DNA from: Balamuthia mandrillaris
Taxonomy: Eukaryota
Direction: 5' to 3'
Length of the DNA stretch: 64,000 nt
NCBI GenBank assembly: GCA_031835245.2
Contig: JAVKOQ020000013.1
Span: forward strand, 248,001-312,000
The notes under the pieces were generated by a model. That model had not been told where the DNA came from, did no database searches, and worked only from the letters and a program-made list of their open reading frames with translations. Both the position numbers and the translations under genes were made by a program. Of this stretch, positions 36,801 through 49,159 are shown piece by piece. The first letter of the stretch is position 1, and each line of letters opens with the position of its first letter.

Positions 36801-37620
36801 AGAGAACAGAGGAAGGATAACGAGAGTGAATCTCCAATGTTGCTTCAAAGTACACCAAGAGAAAGGGGAAAAGGAAGAAAGGAAGGATAGGGGATACAAA
36901 AAAAAGGAGAACTGAGGGTCCAGGACGGATCCAACATGAGGAGTCTTGAGATAAGTGTTGGTGATTTTACCAACATATTTAGATTCAAAAATCAATTATA
37001 AATCATTTTTTTGAAATATTTTGATTAGATCATAATTATTTTCCAAAAAGGGGAGCCCTTTTTAATTTAGAATGTGGTACTTCTTGTCTCATTATCAACT
37101 CTTTTATTTCTAAGGTTGAATTCAACCAACAACTAGCATGTTGGACATATTGACCTGTGTTCCCAGTGTTTTTACAGTTTTCATAAAAACAGTATCTTTC
37201 TCTTGTTATTTTGTGTTGTTAAATAAGTAAACAAGTTTCAAGAAAATTTTTTTGCAGGTTCATTAATTGTATAAATGGATCCAAGTACACTGTTAAACTT
37301 GCCATAAAACTATTAGCTTGGACCAGTAATACAAGATCTACTACACAGGGAACAGGAAGAAAAAAGAGGAAATGGCAAGTCCTGAAATGTTGTAACTCCA
37401 TCAAACAATTTTTCCCTTTTGTGGATATGCCTTTCTCTGAGTTTTTGAGTATGTTTTGATCCATGCCAATGTGCTCAAGCCTCTTTGAATGAAATGGAAG
37501 ATAATGAAAAAAAAAAACAATGTAGACAGCATTAATACTGCCAAACAAGGGGCTTTTTTGGCAAAGAAAGCAATAACTTCTATCCAAGTACAACACTAGT
37601 TGGATTACCCTTTGCTGAGT
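33850..37620 (+). mobile_element. Decayed, CpG-depleted DNA-transposon-like region (Sola/DUF7869-type transposase remnants); boundaries approximate
   Basis: Broken ORFs carry WLTTFIDSIGEHMP, ISYSGF, KCDTYC, HLQF, SLILD, HFSNC..NNK (about 36565-36605) and HVGHID (about 37140); many stops and frameshifts; AT-rich with very few CG. Confidence 0.6.
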
Positions 37621-37859
37621 TGGCAAAGCGTCCAAGGACTAACCGATGACCTGACGTAGATATCGGCAGGATCCACTCCGGGCTGCCACCTGCTCCTCCA
37701 AAGAAGAAAGGCCTGACGATTTCCCAACGAAATGTCCCCACTAGTGGCAGTGATGACTTTCGGTGGAGTTTTCATGGAGCCAATGTGCCCCGCCACAAAC
37801 AAGAAGCACACAGGGCGGCGCAAGCAAGACAAGAAGTACCGTGCCTTTCGCTCGCAACC

Positions 37860-39504
37860 ATGCAGAAGACGTTCGAGAAAGCACAAGACCTCATCGCAGC
37901 ACGGCTCGGCTGGTCCGAGCGCAACAAGACCAGCCAGTCGGAACACAGCTCAGAGACGGAGGTTTGCACACTTTTCTCATCATTTGTTATTTTGGTTTTG
38001 TGTGTGTTTGTTTGTTGGATCGCTCGCTCGCTCGCTAGTTTGTTTGCTTGCTTGTGTTGTTTTTGCCCCCCTCCTCCTAACACCATAGCTTTTTTTGTTC
38101 CAAAGGGCGAATGGGAAGCGCTGCAATTTTTGCAAGACAAGGCCAGCATCCAAAAGCTCACCCGATGGATGGAGGAGGGGCAAGCGGAGAAGGTGGTGAC
38201 CTGGGCGAAAAAGCTGAACGCACTGAACCGCCAGGAACTGCGCGAGTACGTTGAGCGACGTATCCCTTCCTATGAGGAGGTCAACGACGCGCTGTGGGAA
38301 CGCTACTATGAATCTGAGTACGTTGTCGTTTTTGCTTTGTTGTCTGTTGTTCTGAACGTTGGTGTTTAACGTTTGTGGTGCTTCAGTTATGGGGAAACGC
38401 CACTCGTGACCCTTGAGCAGCTTAAGAAGAGCCCTCTGCGCCCGGGCGATCCGATAGGGACCATCGGGAACGACACCACTTGCAGAGGATTGCAGCTGGT
38501 CCAGTGTAGCCTCGTGAATCATATCAGCACCTACGGTGGCGATGGGTTCGTACTTGAAGCTGGACCTGACTTTGGACTGCGCAAGGTATATCATCGCTTC
38601 TTGTTGTTGTTTCGTTCACCTCACAGGCAGTTTAAAAAAAACACAAACAGATAAAGTTGGAAGACTTTGTAAAGGAAAAGGAAGAAAAGCACGAGAAGAT
38701 AGTTGGAATGCGCCTGGTGTTTGCGCCCGACTTTGACCCTTCGTCCATTGAACAAAGCGCCAGCAAAAAAGAAGAGGAGATAAGCAAAGATAAACAAAAA
38801 GAGGAGGAAGAAAAAGACAAAGCCAAAGACAAAGGAGACCATGAAAAAGAAAAAGCAAGAGATAGCTCTTCTACCAAACCAAAAGAAAAACAGACACACA
38901 AAGAGGAAAGCAAAAGTAATGCTCCTGCAACAAAGGCAGCCAGCGACGTCGACTCTGAAGAGACCCAGAGGCGACTCTCAGAAAGCGACAGAGTGGAGAG
39001 CGAAAAGTTAGGTAAAGAGCGAGACATTCTGCCTTCCGATGAACCTTCTGGGGTTGAGGCGAACATACGACGCAAGCTCCAAGCTGCGCTGTTCCGCGAG
39101 GTGGGCAAGGACTACCCCGACGCAACAACCATGGTGAAGAAACTCCTCAGCCCTTCCTACTGGAAATCTGACAGTGAAGTGCGAGACACAATCTTTTGTA
39201 CGGAACATGCTGTAGGTACTTCTCGTTTTGCACAAGTTGAACTCTCCTCACTTTGTTGCTCTTGTAGGTAAGCTGTTATAAGGAGGCAGGCATCGTAGCA
39301 AAGGACGTGCAATCTAGCAAAGTGTGGCCCGTGCACTTTGAGCGAAACGCGGTGCCGCTCCACAAGGGCATCTCGCTGGGCTCCAAGTTCATCATAGCCT
39401 CAGAAAGCAGCGCTAAAAGCAGCAGCAGCGGCAGCGGCAGCGGCAGCGGCAGCTACTCCTCTTCATCACCTTCCTCACAGCAAAAGGAGAAGGAGACTAG
39501 CTAA
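37860..39504 (+). CDS. Permuted papain-like amidase (NlpC/P60 YiiX/YaeF, peptidase C92-like), 4 introns; start uncertain
   Basis: Spliced LRPGDPIG...NHISTYGGDGFVLEA...GLRKIKLEDF, then VGKDY...IFCTEHAVSCYKEAGI...VWP; His precedes Cys. Confidence 0.72.
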
Positions 39505-39846
39505 GGTTTTAAACAAAACTAAATGAGGTTCACATGTTCTTTTCTTTTATCCTTAAGCCTTTAGAAACAAAATAGCCCATGTTTGTTGAATTGCCTCAAC
39601 AAAGTCACTGCCATTCGTCCGAGGACTGACGCATGGGCAGTGCGACTTCATGAGGCAGCCACCAAGTCCTCCTTGTCTCTGCCGTCCATCTATTCATAGC
39701 CGAGCAAGGTCTTGTCGATAGCGCTGAAAATTGTTTCGAAAAATCGAATTCGAGAGGGCAACTTTTTTCAATTATCAAAAAAAATTGCCAAATGAATCGG
39801 ATAAAATCCAAAAGAGAAAAACAAAAAGAAAAGAAAAGAAAAGAAA

Positions 39847-40865
39847 ATGGCGGAGAAGCAATACTGGAGCTACGAATCCATCCATCAGTTGGTCTGCGAG
39901 CTGGCCACCGCCGTCAAGGACTTTCGTGCCGACATCATGGTCGCCATCGGAGGCGGAGGTAAAAACCTCCCGATCGCACTCAACCCATTCTTCATTTCCA
40001 TCGCTTCTTCCCATCTTTTTTTTTTTTTTGTGAAAACTCATTTCCTTCCTTGTTGTTGTTGTTTTTTTTCACTCTAAAACAAAACCAAAAAAAAAAAGGA
40101 TTCATTCCGGCAAGAATACTGCGGACTTACATCCATGTGCCGATCCTTGCTGTCGGGCTGGAACTGTACGACGACACCACCAACCGCCCACGAGAGAACC
40201 CCATCAAAACGCAATGGTTTGATGAACACACCGGAGGAGGCGAAGGTTATTACTGTTTCGTTCTTCTTGTCCTTCTCTCTCTCTTCTCTTCTCTTCTCTT
40301 CGTCGTTCTCTTCTCTTCTCTTCTCTTCTCTTCTCTTCTCTTCTCTTCTCTTCTCTTCTCTTCTCTTCTCTTCTCTTCTCTTCTCTTCTCTTCGTCGTTC
40401 TCTTCTCTTCTCTTCTCTTCTCTTCGTCGTTCTCTTCTCTTCTCTTCTCTTTCTCTCTTTCTTTTCCCCTTTGTCATTTCTTTCTTTCTTTCTTGTTAAA
40501 ACCACTGTTTAAAAAAACCAGGAGGAAGCAGATTGAAAGGCAAGCGGGTGTTGGTGGTGGACGAAGTGGATGACAGCCGCACCACCCTTCAATACTGCGT
40601 GGAGGAGCTGCGCAAGACCTTCCAGCCGGAGCGAGTGGGCGTGGTCGTCCTCCACAACAAGAAGAAGGAGAAGCGGGGGGTGCTCCCCGCGGACGTGGAC
40701 TACTTTTGCGGCGAGGAGATCGAGGACAAGTGGGTAGTCTATCCTTGGGACGCCACGGATATCTACGCCCACCAGGCGGCGGCACGAGCCCAACAGGAAG
40801 CAGCCCACCAGCAGCACCACCAGCACGAGAACAACAATGTTTCCTCTTCTTCTTCTTCTTCTTGA
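39847..40865 (+). CDS. Hypoxanthine/xanthine phosphoribosyltransferase, fungal XPT1/HPT1 type, 2 introns
   Basis: KQYWSYESIHQL, VAIGGGGFIPARILRT, VLVVDEVDDSRTTL and WVVYPWD. Confidence 0.92.
40280..40450. repeat. (CTTCT)n microsatellite, intronic
   Basis: Long pentanucleotide run with CTTCGTCGTT interruptions. Confidence 0.9.
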
Positions 40866-41015
40866 ATTATTTATTCCTTATTCTATTTTTTATTTATAGA
40901 ACTCAAATATTTATTTTTTTCCGATAGAAAGCAATAAAGTACTAAATATTCAAATATTTAAAATTAAATGGAAAAATAGCGCATTGGTCGATAATAATTA
41001 CAGGTGATGATTTAT

Positions 41016-42732
41016 TTATTGGGGAAGCAACAAAGTGGGGAGGAAGGAGGAGACGGTCAATGAGCCCAAGAGAAGCTTGCCTGGCTGGTACTCTGTGATG
41101 GCGGTGATGCCAAAGAGCTTGTCGCTTGCGAGCGAACGAACAATGTTGCCATCTTCATCAACCTTGCCAATTGATGGGATGATAGAAGATAAGATGAGCA
41201 TTGCAAGAAGGAGAATAGAAAAAAAAGAAAGCAGGAGAATGATGAATGAAGAACGCGCGGTTGGTCACAAGAGAAAAAAACTAAAGAAAGTGAGAAAAAG
41301 GTGTTACATACTTCGAGTATCATGGTATCTTTTGGAGGAGAAGGAGCAACGAGATGAAGCATTCGCAACAGCAAAGCTTTGATAGAGGGATAGGGGTTCA
41401 CCAAGTCCGCGTCAGCTCGTCCTGACACGGCAGGTATCGCCACCCAGAAATGTCCGCTGCCATCCGCACGAAGCGAAACACCATCCGGCATGCTGGGCAG
41501 GTTATCCACGAACACTTCGGATTGGCCCACTGCAACGAAGAGAACAATGAGAATAACAAAAGAAAACGAGGCACGGTGAAGAAAGGGAGTTCAGGAAACC
41601 AACTAACAAATGCAAAAGAGGAAAAACCTACCCTTTGGTCCTTTCAACCAATAGCGATGCAAGCGATACCGCGAGGTCTCCGCAAACACCACAAAGCTCT
41701 CATCCCTGCTCAACGCCACTCCATTACAGAACGCAATGCCAGAGACCAGCTCTTCGGTAAGCCCCGTCGACAAAGTGTAACGAAGGAGACGCCCGCTGCC
41801 AACTCCAGCAAAGTAGTCCACGAGAAAAGTGGCCAGCACGTCATAATAGCCGGCCAATTCTGCTTTGTTGTGGGAGCGAAGGAGGGGAGGATATTTGCTG
41901 GCATCTGAAAAGTAGATCTGGTCTCCTGTTTTCGAGACATCGACGTCCTTTTGTTTTGTTTCGATGGGAACGCATGTTCAAAGAAAGACAACAACGGAGA
42001 AGAGAAGGAAACAAAGAAAGAACAGGTAAATAAGTGGAAAGAGCAAGAGCCTGAGGTGAGGGGGAAAAATAGTACATCAGCATAACGGATGGGACTACCA
42101 GCAGCAATGTTGGTAAGAATACGAATGCTTTTGCTGCCAACATCAACAGACACAAGACCTGTTCGTGCCAACAATCGATGTAACAAAGTAAACGTGTTAG
42201 TGGGAAGAGGAGAGGGCAGAGGGCAGAGAAGCGACCAAGAAACCTTGAATAGGGTCAGCGAGAAATAGCTGCTTTGCGTCGGGAGAAAACGTCAAGCCAA
42301 GAGGCCGTCCTCCAACGTAGAGCCAACGTTCCGTTCGGTTGGTTCGTGGATCCATTCTCAGGACGTAGCCTTGGTCGTCAGGGAAGTAAAACCAGCCGTC
42401 TTCCTTGTTGTGGACGATCGTTTCTGGTGCAACAAAGGCTGCTCCCTTTTGGTTGAAACGAAGAAAAATGAGAAAGAAAGAAACAAAGAAAGAAACGACA
42501 AAGAACGAAGCTAGAAAGCATCTCTTGCCTGATCGCTGTTTGACGGCTTCAATGGGATAACGCCATCAAGAAGAGAATTGGGTGCGAGAGGGCCTACGCG
42601 CGAGGGCGCCGCGGGGGGTTGCCATCCCACCGGCTCGATGTCAAACGGAATGGGGCGCAGGATGGAGCTGCGAAGCAGCAACGCCAGCAGCAGGGCGGCC
42701 ACCGCTCCAACCACCAAAGAACGCCGGCTCAT
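41016..42732 (-). CDS. Strictosidine synthase-like / APMAP six-bladed beta-propeller with N-terminal anchor
   Basis: APET, GGRPLGL, GRLLRY, FCNGVALSRDESFVVFAET and NLPSMPDGV...FWVA. Confidence 0.88.
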
Positions 42733-43125
42733 CCCTCCTCCTCTCCGATTTTTTTCGCTGCGAAGTAGAACAGAGATAATTTCCGATTTTTTAAACAAAT
42801 ATCGCCTGTTTGTCGATTTGTGATAGATTATCCTTGTGTAACGAACATCCAGGATAATTTTAATATTGTTGCGATAATCAAATACTGAACGTCGACTAAA
42901 AATAGAGGATAAGAGAGAGGACAGGAGTTCGGACCTCACATTGAAGCTTTTTCCCAAACTACAGAAAAAAGCAAACAATACAAAGAGAAAAAAAAAGGGG
43001 GAGAGAGAAGAGAGGCGATCAATCAATCAATCGATTATTTTTTTTGATCGATTGTTTTTTTTGTTGTTTGATCGCACACACAAAGAGAAGAAAAGAGGAG
43101 GGAGATTTTCCACCAAAAAAAAAAA

Positions 43126-43724
43126 ATGAAGAAGGGTTGCGATTGGGTCCTTACGGCCGCTGTGGGAAGCCGTGCCGGCTGTGCCTCTCTCCTCATGCAG
43201 CCTCAGAGCGGGTTTCGGCTTGTTACTACTTCTCCTTCCCCTTCCTCCATGCTGCTCAGATCTACACAAGGTTTTATTTCGTAGTTGCTACTTTTTTTTT
43301 CCTTTTGTTTCGTGAGACTGAGCCATCAGCTTTCTTTTTTATTCTTTTTCTTCTCCGCATGCGCTCGAATCGACTCTGCCTTTGCCATCATAGCCTTTCC
43401 GCAGGTAATAATTTGTCCTTTGCTGATATATTCTTCTTCTTCTCTGCCTCTTTCCCCTGTGCTTCTCGCGCTTCTCCTCTCCTCTCCTCTTCCCTCCATT
43501 CCTCTCCTCTGTCGCTTACACGCTACGCTCAACCTTTGGGCACAGAAAAGGGAGCTTCATGTTGATCTTCACGGTGGTAGGTCGTCCGTCAGCGGAGTTG
43601 TGGCCAGTGTTTTCGGTGCTACTGGTTTTGTTGGTCGCTATGTTGTGAACCGTCTTGGTACACTACGCTCTCCCTTTCTCCCCTTTCTTTTCTGTCGGCT
43701 GTTAGTTTTCGTTTCTTCTTTCTG

Positions 43725-43764
<40 letters not shown>

Positions 43765-45188
43765 TTCTCTTTCTCCTTTTAGCAAAGAGAGCTGACTGAC
43801 GACCTCACAGGTAAGATCGGTTCTCAGGTGGTAATTCCATACCGGGGAGAAGAGAAAGCCTACCGACACCTGAAAACAATGGGAGATCTTGGTCAGATTG
43901 TGCCCATTTGGTACGCCATTCGAGACTACGAAAGCGTCAAAAGGGCGATGCAACACTCCAACGTGGTGATCAACCTCGTCGGTCGCAACTATGAAACCCG
44001 CAACTTCACATTGGAGGATGTGCATGTCCATGGCGCTGCCACTATCGCAAGGGTAAGTAATGACTTCATTACTCTATTATCTCTTTGTCATTTGTGTTTC
44101 TGTTTATTTTTATTTGTTGCCATGGTTTTGTTGTGTTTACGGTTTTCCTGCTTTCCATTAACCCAAATGTGTGTTGTTTAGGCCGCCAAGGAGGTAGGAA
44201 TAGAACGCCTTATTCATGTATCTGCTGCTAATGCAAGCGAGACGTCTTCTTCTCACTGGCTCCGCACAAAAGTGAGTTATCTTTCTCTTCTGCAAGTTCA
44301 CCCTTCTCTAATTCTCTCTCTCTCTCTCTCTCTCTTGACTCCTGCACAATGACTAACCTCCGTTTGAACCGCTGCTATTCGTTGTTTTTTAACTACTAAG
44401 GCTGCTGGTGAAAAGGCTGTAAAACAAATCTTCCCGGAGGCAACCATCCTCCGACCAACCCCTATGTTCGGTCTTCACGACTGGTTCGTCATGAGATACA
44501 CAAGGCTTGCCAAATATTGGCCGTTCTATCCTTTGATTCTTCCTGATCACAAAGTGCAGCCTTTGTGGGTAAAACTTTTCTCTCTTCTCATGTTTTCCTC
44601 TTCTCCTCCATTCTCGCTATCTCCATTCTGTTTTCGCTTTCTTTTTGAACCATGTCGCCGTAAAATATTATTTATTTATGCTGATTTTATAAGGCGGGAG
44701 ACATGGGCACCGCGCTGATGAACGCTTTGGCCTCCAACGACACCAAAGGAAAAACCTACGAGCTCGGTGGCCCTACCATCTACACCAACGCCGAACTGGC
44801 AGACCTCATCCTTGACACAACCCTTTTGAAGAAACCTGTCGTGCACGTTCCCTATGCTCCTTTTGCGTACGTTCTTTCATGCTCCTTTGTTCTTTATACC
44901 CCTTTTCGTTGTTCTTTTTTTGTTTCCTTTGCTCAACCAACACAATTGCAACAACACAACAACAATATATACAGGGCATTGACGTCGATCACCGACAAAG
45001 TGTTTAGGCTGCCCAAGTTCACCTACAAAGAGCTGGAGGCCATGCGCGCGGGCGACCAAGTGGTGGACCGCAAGGCCCATCCCTTGGGCATCGAGGAGCT
45101 GGGCGTGGAGCATCGTGCCGAGATCCTGGACATCACGCGCAATGCCTTGCGAGACTATCGCCAGCCCGGCCACTTGGGCGAGTTTTAA
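43126..45188 (+). CDS. NDUFA9: NADH:ubiquinone oxidoreductase 39-kDa subunit
   Basis: [39 protein letters not shown] and [17 protein letters not shown]. Confidence 0.95.
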
Positions 45189-45925
45189 AACTAAAACTAT
45201 AAACCAACTTTCAAACCAACTAGAGACGAGGCTTTGTTCTTTCCCCCCTCTCTTCTCTCTCCTCTCTTCCCTCTTCTCTCTGCCTGCCTCCTCGCTTCTC
45301 TTCTCTCTTCTTTCTCTTCTCTCTCTTCTCTCTCTTCTCTCTCCTATCCTCTCTGCTCTCTGCTCTCTCCCTCTGCTCTCTCCTCTCCTATCCTCTCTCC
45401 TATCCTCTCTCTCTCCTCTCCTCTCTCTCTCCTCTCCTCTCTCTTCGCGCTTTGATTTCACCAAACGATCCAGTAGAAAATCAAACCTGGGGGCCAATAG
45501 AATAAAATTCTTAAGGAGAGATCCAATGCTTTCGATTGGTCAACCCACAATTCAGGAAAGCGGAAATGAAGAAGGAAGCGAGAAGAGAAAAAACGAGTTT
45601 TGGTGAAGGTGAGAAAGGAGGCGGGTTTTTTTTCCCACTTCCTTCTCTACTCGCTGCCTTTATAAGTACTCTTTTTCCTTCTCACATCCATACCTACATG
45701 TTGTAAAACAAAGGAAACAAAAAGTAGCAAACACCAAACTGACTTCTTCTTCCTTGACTTGAGAAGAGAAAAAGAGGGGGGACAAAACACTAACACCCAA
45801 CTTCCCTCGTTTTTTTTTTTTCCCTTCCTTGGCCTACTGAAAACCTTGTAACCCACCACTAAACAACACCCACTCACTACTGCGTACAGCGCTCTTCTGC
45901 GCCACTACCACTACTACCACTCGTA

Positions 45926-48526
45926 ATGCCGACGTTCACGCCGCAACAGCTCCGAGCCATGATGGCTCACAAGAACAACATCCGTAACACCACCGTGATA
46001 GCCCACGTGGACCATGGCAAGTCCACCCTCACCGACACCCTCGTTCGCATGGCCGGCATCAGCAACACCGACCGCTACACGCACGGCCGCGAGGACGAGA
46101 GGCTCAAGGGCATTACCATCAAGTCCACTGGGCTCTCCCTCTTCTTTGAGCTCCCTGAGAGCGTACCCCTGCCTTCCCTCCCTGAGGAAGGCTCTTCCTC
46201 CTCCTCGGGTGGCCCTAGTGGAGGCCGCGGCTTCCTCTTCAACCTTGTCGACACGCCAGGCCACGTCGACTTCTCTTCCGAGGTGACGGCTGCCTTGAGG
46301 GTCACCGACGGCGCTCTGGTGGTGGTGGACTGCGTGGAGGGCGTCTGCGTGCAAACGGAGACGGTGCTGCGCCAGGCCCTGGCCGAGGGCATCAAGCCCG
46401 TTCTGGTACTCAACAAGTTGGACAGGGTCATCCTGGAGTTGCAGCTTACCCCTGAGGAGGCCTACCAAGCCTTGGTCCGCACCATCGAGGACGTCAACAC
46501 CATCGTGGCCACCTATGGCGGTACTCTCTTTGGCGAGGGAAGGTACCAACTGGATCCGCTCCTTGGCAACGTTACCTTTGGCAGCGCTCTCCACGGATGG
46601 GGCTTCAGCCTGCCGGCCTTTGCCCGAATGTTGGCCCGCAGCACGGACACCAGTGCGGAGGCCTTGCTTTCTCGTCTTTGGGGAGAAAATTACTTTGACC
46701 CGCAGACCAAACGATGGAAGAGCAGCGCCCCTCCTGCTTCCTCTACTTCCTCGGAGGATGAAAAGAACAAGCCTCGACGTGGCTTTTGTAAGCTGGTTCT
46801 CGCTCCCATCTACAGTATGGTCAAAGCGGCCATGGCAAGCGAGCGAGATACCGTGTCGCAAAAGCTGAGCCACCTTGGTATCTCCCTTCGAGCGGAGGAC
46901 CTCCAGAAGGAAGGCAAGGACCTTATGAAGGCCGTCATGCCAAAGTTCCTGTCCATGGGAGATGCTCTTCTTGAGATGATGGTTACACATCTGCCCTCCC
47001 CTGCTGTCGCCCAGCGCTACCGTGTGGAGCTGCTCTACGAAGGACCAATGGACGATGCCTGCGCCACTGCCATCCGTGAGTGTGACCCCGACGGCCCTCT
47101 CATGGTCTACATCAGCAAACAGGTGCCTGCCATGGGCGGAGGCAGCAGCGACAAGAGCCGCTTCTACTCCTTTGGTAGAGTGTTCTCTGGCGTGGTGCGC
47201 ACCGGTCAGAAGGTTAGGATCATGGGTCCTGACTTTGTGCACGGCCAGACCAGAGACCTCTTTGTGGACAAGTCCGTGCAGAGGACCTGCCTCATTATGG
47301 GCCGCTATGTGGAAGCCATGGAGGACGTGCCCTGCGGCAACACCGTCTGTCTCGTCGGATTGGATAAGTTCCTCGTCAAGAGTGGCACGTTGACCAACGT
47401 TTCTGATGCCCATCCCTTCCGTGCCATGAAGCTCTCTGTGTCTCCTGTGGTGCGAGTGGCCGTGCGCCCCAAGAAGGCCACCGACATTCCTCGCTTGGCC
47501 AAAGGGCTGAAGCTCCTAGCCAAGATGGATACCTGCGTGCAGTGCACCATCGAGGAGAGCACTGGCGAGATGATTGTAGCTGGAGCAGGAGAGCTTCACC
47601 TCGACACCGTCCTCAACGATCTGAGCTCTCTGTCCGGCATTGAGATCACCCGCAGCGACCCCGTCGTTTCCTACCGCGAAAGCATTCGAGGCGTTGCTTC
47701 CTCTCAAGCGTGCCTTGCCAAGTCTCCCAACCATCATAACCGACTATGGACCACGGCCCAACCGATGGGTGAAGACTTGCTCAAAGGCATCGAGGTGGAG
47801 AACACGATCACCACTTACATGGACCCCAAGCAGCGAGCTAAGATCCTGGAGGAGACCTACGGCTGGCCTCACGGCGAGGGCCGCAGAGTCTGGAGCTTCG
47901 CTCCAAACGACTTTGGCCCCAACGTCCTCGTTGACAACACCAAGGGCGTGCAGTACATGCACGAGATCAAGGACAGCTTCAACTCGGCCTTCCAGTGGGT
48001 GGCCGGTGAGGGCGTCCTCTGCGGCGAGCCCATGCGCGGTATCCGCTTCAACATTGTGGATGCTACCCTCCACTCCGACTCCATCCATCGTGGCGGTGGG
48101 CAGATCATCCCCGCCGCACGACGCGCCCTCTTTGCCGCGCAGCTCAGCTCCAAGCCTTGCATCCAGGAACCGATCTACCTGGTGGAGATCCTCACCCAGG
48201 AAACGGCCATGGGCGGCATCTACAAGGTGCTCTCCAAGCGGAGGGGCAACGTCTTCTCTGTAGAGCACCGAGAGGGCACCCCGCTGTGCATGATGAAGGC
48301 CCACCTCCCGGTGGGCGAGTCCTTTGGCTTCACTGGAGAGCTGCGGGAGGCCACCGGCGGCTTCGCCTACCCTCAGTGCTTCTTTGACCATTGGTCGGAG
48401 GCACCGGGAGATCCCTTGGTGGCGGACAACGGTAACCTGGCGAATGGCATCTTGATGGACACGCGGCGGCGCAAAGGATTGCCTTTGGAGGTTCCTCGCC
48501 TGGAGGACTTTGTGGATAAGCTGTAA
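45926..48526 (+). CDS. EEF2: Elongation factor 2 homologue, divergent, intronless, 866 aa
   Basis: AHVDHGKST, GITIKST, DTPGHVDFSSEVTAALRVTDGA, NKLD, diphthamide loop DSIHRGGGQIIP, C-terminal DKL; TATA-like TTTATAAG at about 45659. Confidence 0.93.
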   Translation: MPTFTPQQLRAMMAHKNNIRNTTVIAHVDHGKSTLTDTLVRMAGISNTDRYTHGREDERLKGITIKSTGLSLFFELPESVPLPSLPEEGSSSSSGGPSGGRGFLFNLVDTPGHVDFSSEVTAALRVTDGALVVVDCVEGVCVQTETVLRQALAEGIKPVLVLNKLDRVILELQLTPEEAYQALVRTIEDVNTIVATYGGTLFGEGRYQLDPLLGNVTFGSALHGWGFSLPAFARMLARSTDTSAEALLSRLWGENYFDPQTKRWKSSAPPASSTSSEDEKNKPRRGFCKLVLAPIYSMVKAAMASERDTVSQKLSHLGISLRAEDLQKEGKDLMKAVMPKFLSMGDALLEMMVTHLPSPAVAQRYRVELLYEGPMDDACATAIRECDPDGPLMVYISKQVPAMGGGSSDKSRFYSFGRVFSGVVRTGQKVRIMGPDFVHGQTRDLFVDKSVQRTCLIMGRYVEAMEDVPCGNTVCLVGLDKFLVKSGTLTNVSDAHPFRAMKLSVSPVVRVAVRPKKATDIPRLAKGLKLLAKMDTCVQCTIEESTGEMIVAGAGELHLDTVLNDLSSLSGIEITRSDPVVSYRESIRGVASSQACLAKSPNHHNRLWTTAQPMGEDLLKGIEVENTITTYMDPKQRAKILEETYGWPHGEGRRVWSFAPNDFGPNVLVDNTKGVQYMHEIKDSFNSAFQWVAGEGVLCGEPMRGIRFNIVDATLHSDSIHRGGGQIIPAARRALFAAQLSSKPCIQEPIYLVEILTQETAMGGIYKVLSKRRGNVFSVEHREGTPLCMMKAHLPVGESFGFTGELREATGGFAYPQCFFDHWSEAPGDPLVADNGNLANGILMDTRRRKGLPLEVPRLEDFVDKL

Positions 48527-49159
48527 GAGTACACGGAACGGGAGGGAACGGTCGGAAGGGCATGGATAATGCTCTTATGGCGGTTCTTATTTATTTATTT
48601 GTAACTTAATCTTTTTCTCACCTAATAATCCTTTTCAAAGGGTTGGGGGTGGGGAGCGACCAGGATAAAGAAGCCTCGCTTTTTCTTTGTCTTGCGCTCT
48701 CTGCCTTCACCCAAAAAAAACTTAAAACCCCTTGTGCATTTTTTCTCTTTCTCTTTCTCTTTCTCTTTCTCTTTCCTCCGTCACGTTCGCTTTCTCTACA
48801 CGACAACAGGAAGAAAATGAAACACACATGGAACCAGTCGTGGCGATCACTACATCGAGTGAGTGCATAGATTCCGGCGAGAATCGGCGTGTTTCCTCTC
48901 CTAAAAACGTAAATCAGGACCGATCACATCCCGATCCATTGCAACAGGTTAAGATAGACCTCCTTTCGTGACCATTTGCTGCTCGACGACACCTGTCGAC
49001 ATAAAATACAGCGCACTGTTTTTTTTTTTGTCTGTTTCGCCAAAAGAACAAACAAGAAAGAGAAGAAGAAAGAGGTAGCGTGAGGAAGGTTGCTGCTGTT
49101 CTACCCCCCCCCAAAAAAAAAAAAAAAACACATACACACACACACACAAAACACAAAAA

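Noticed and set aside
40074..45497. REEKR-type repeat ORFs and possible CRISPR-like arrays
   Set aside because: Simple CT-rich microsatellites with no repeat-spacer structure.
45914..47413. 499-aa antisense ORF over EF2, and similar antisense ORFs over other GC-rich exons
   Set aside because: Shadow ORFs caused by codon bias; no recognisable motifs.
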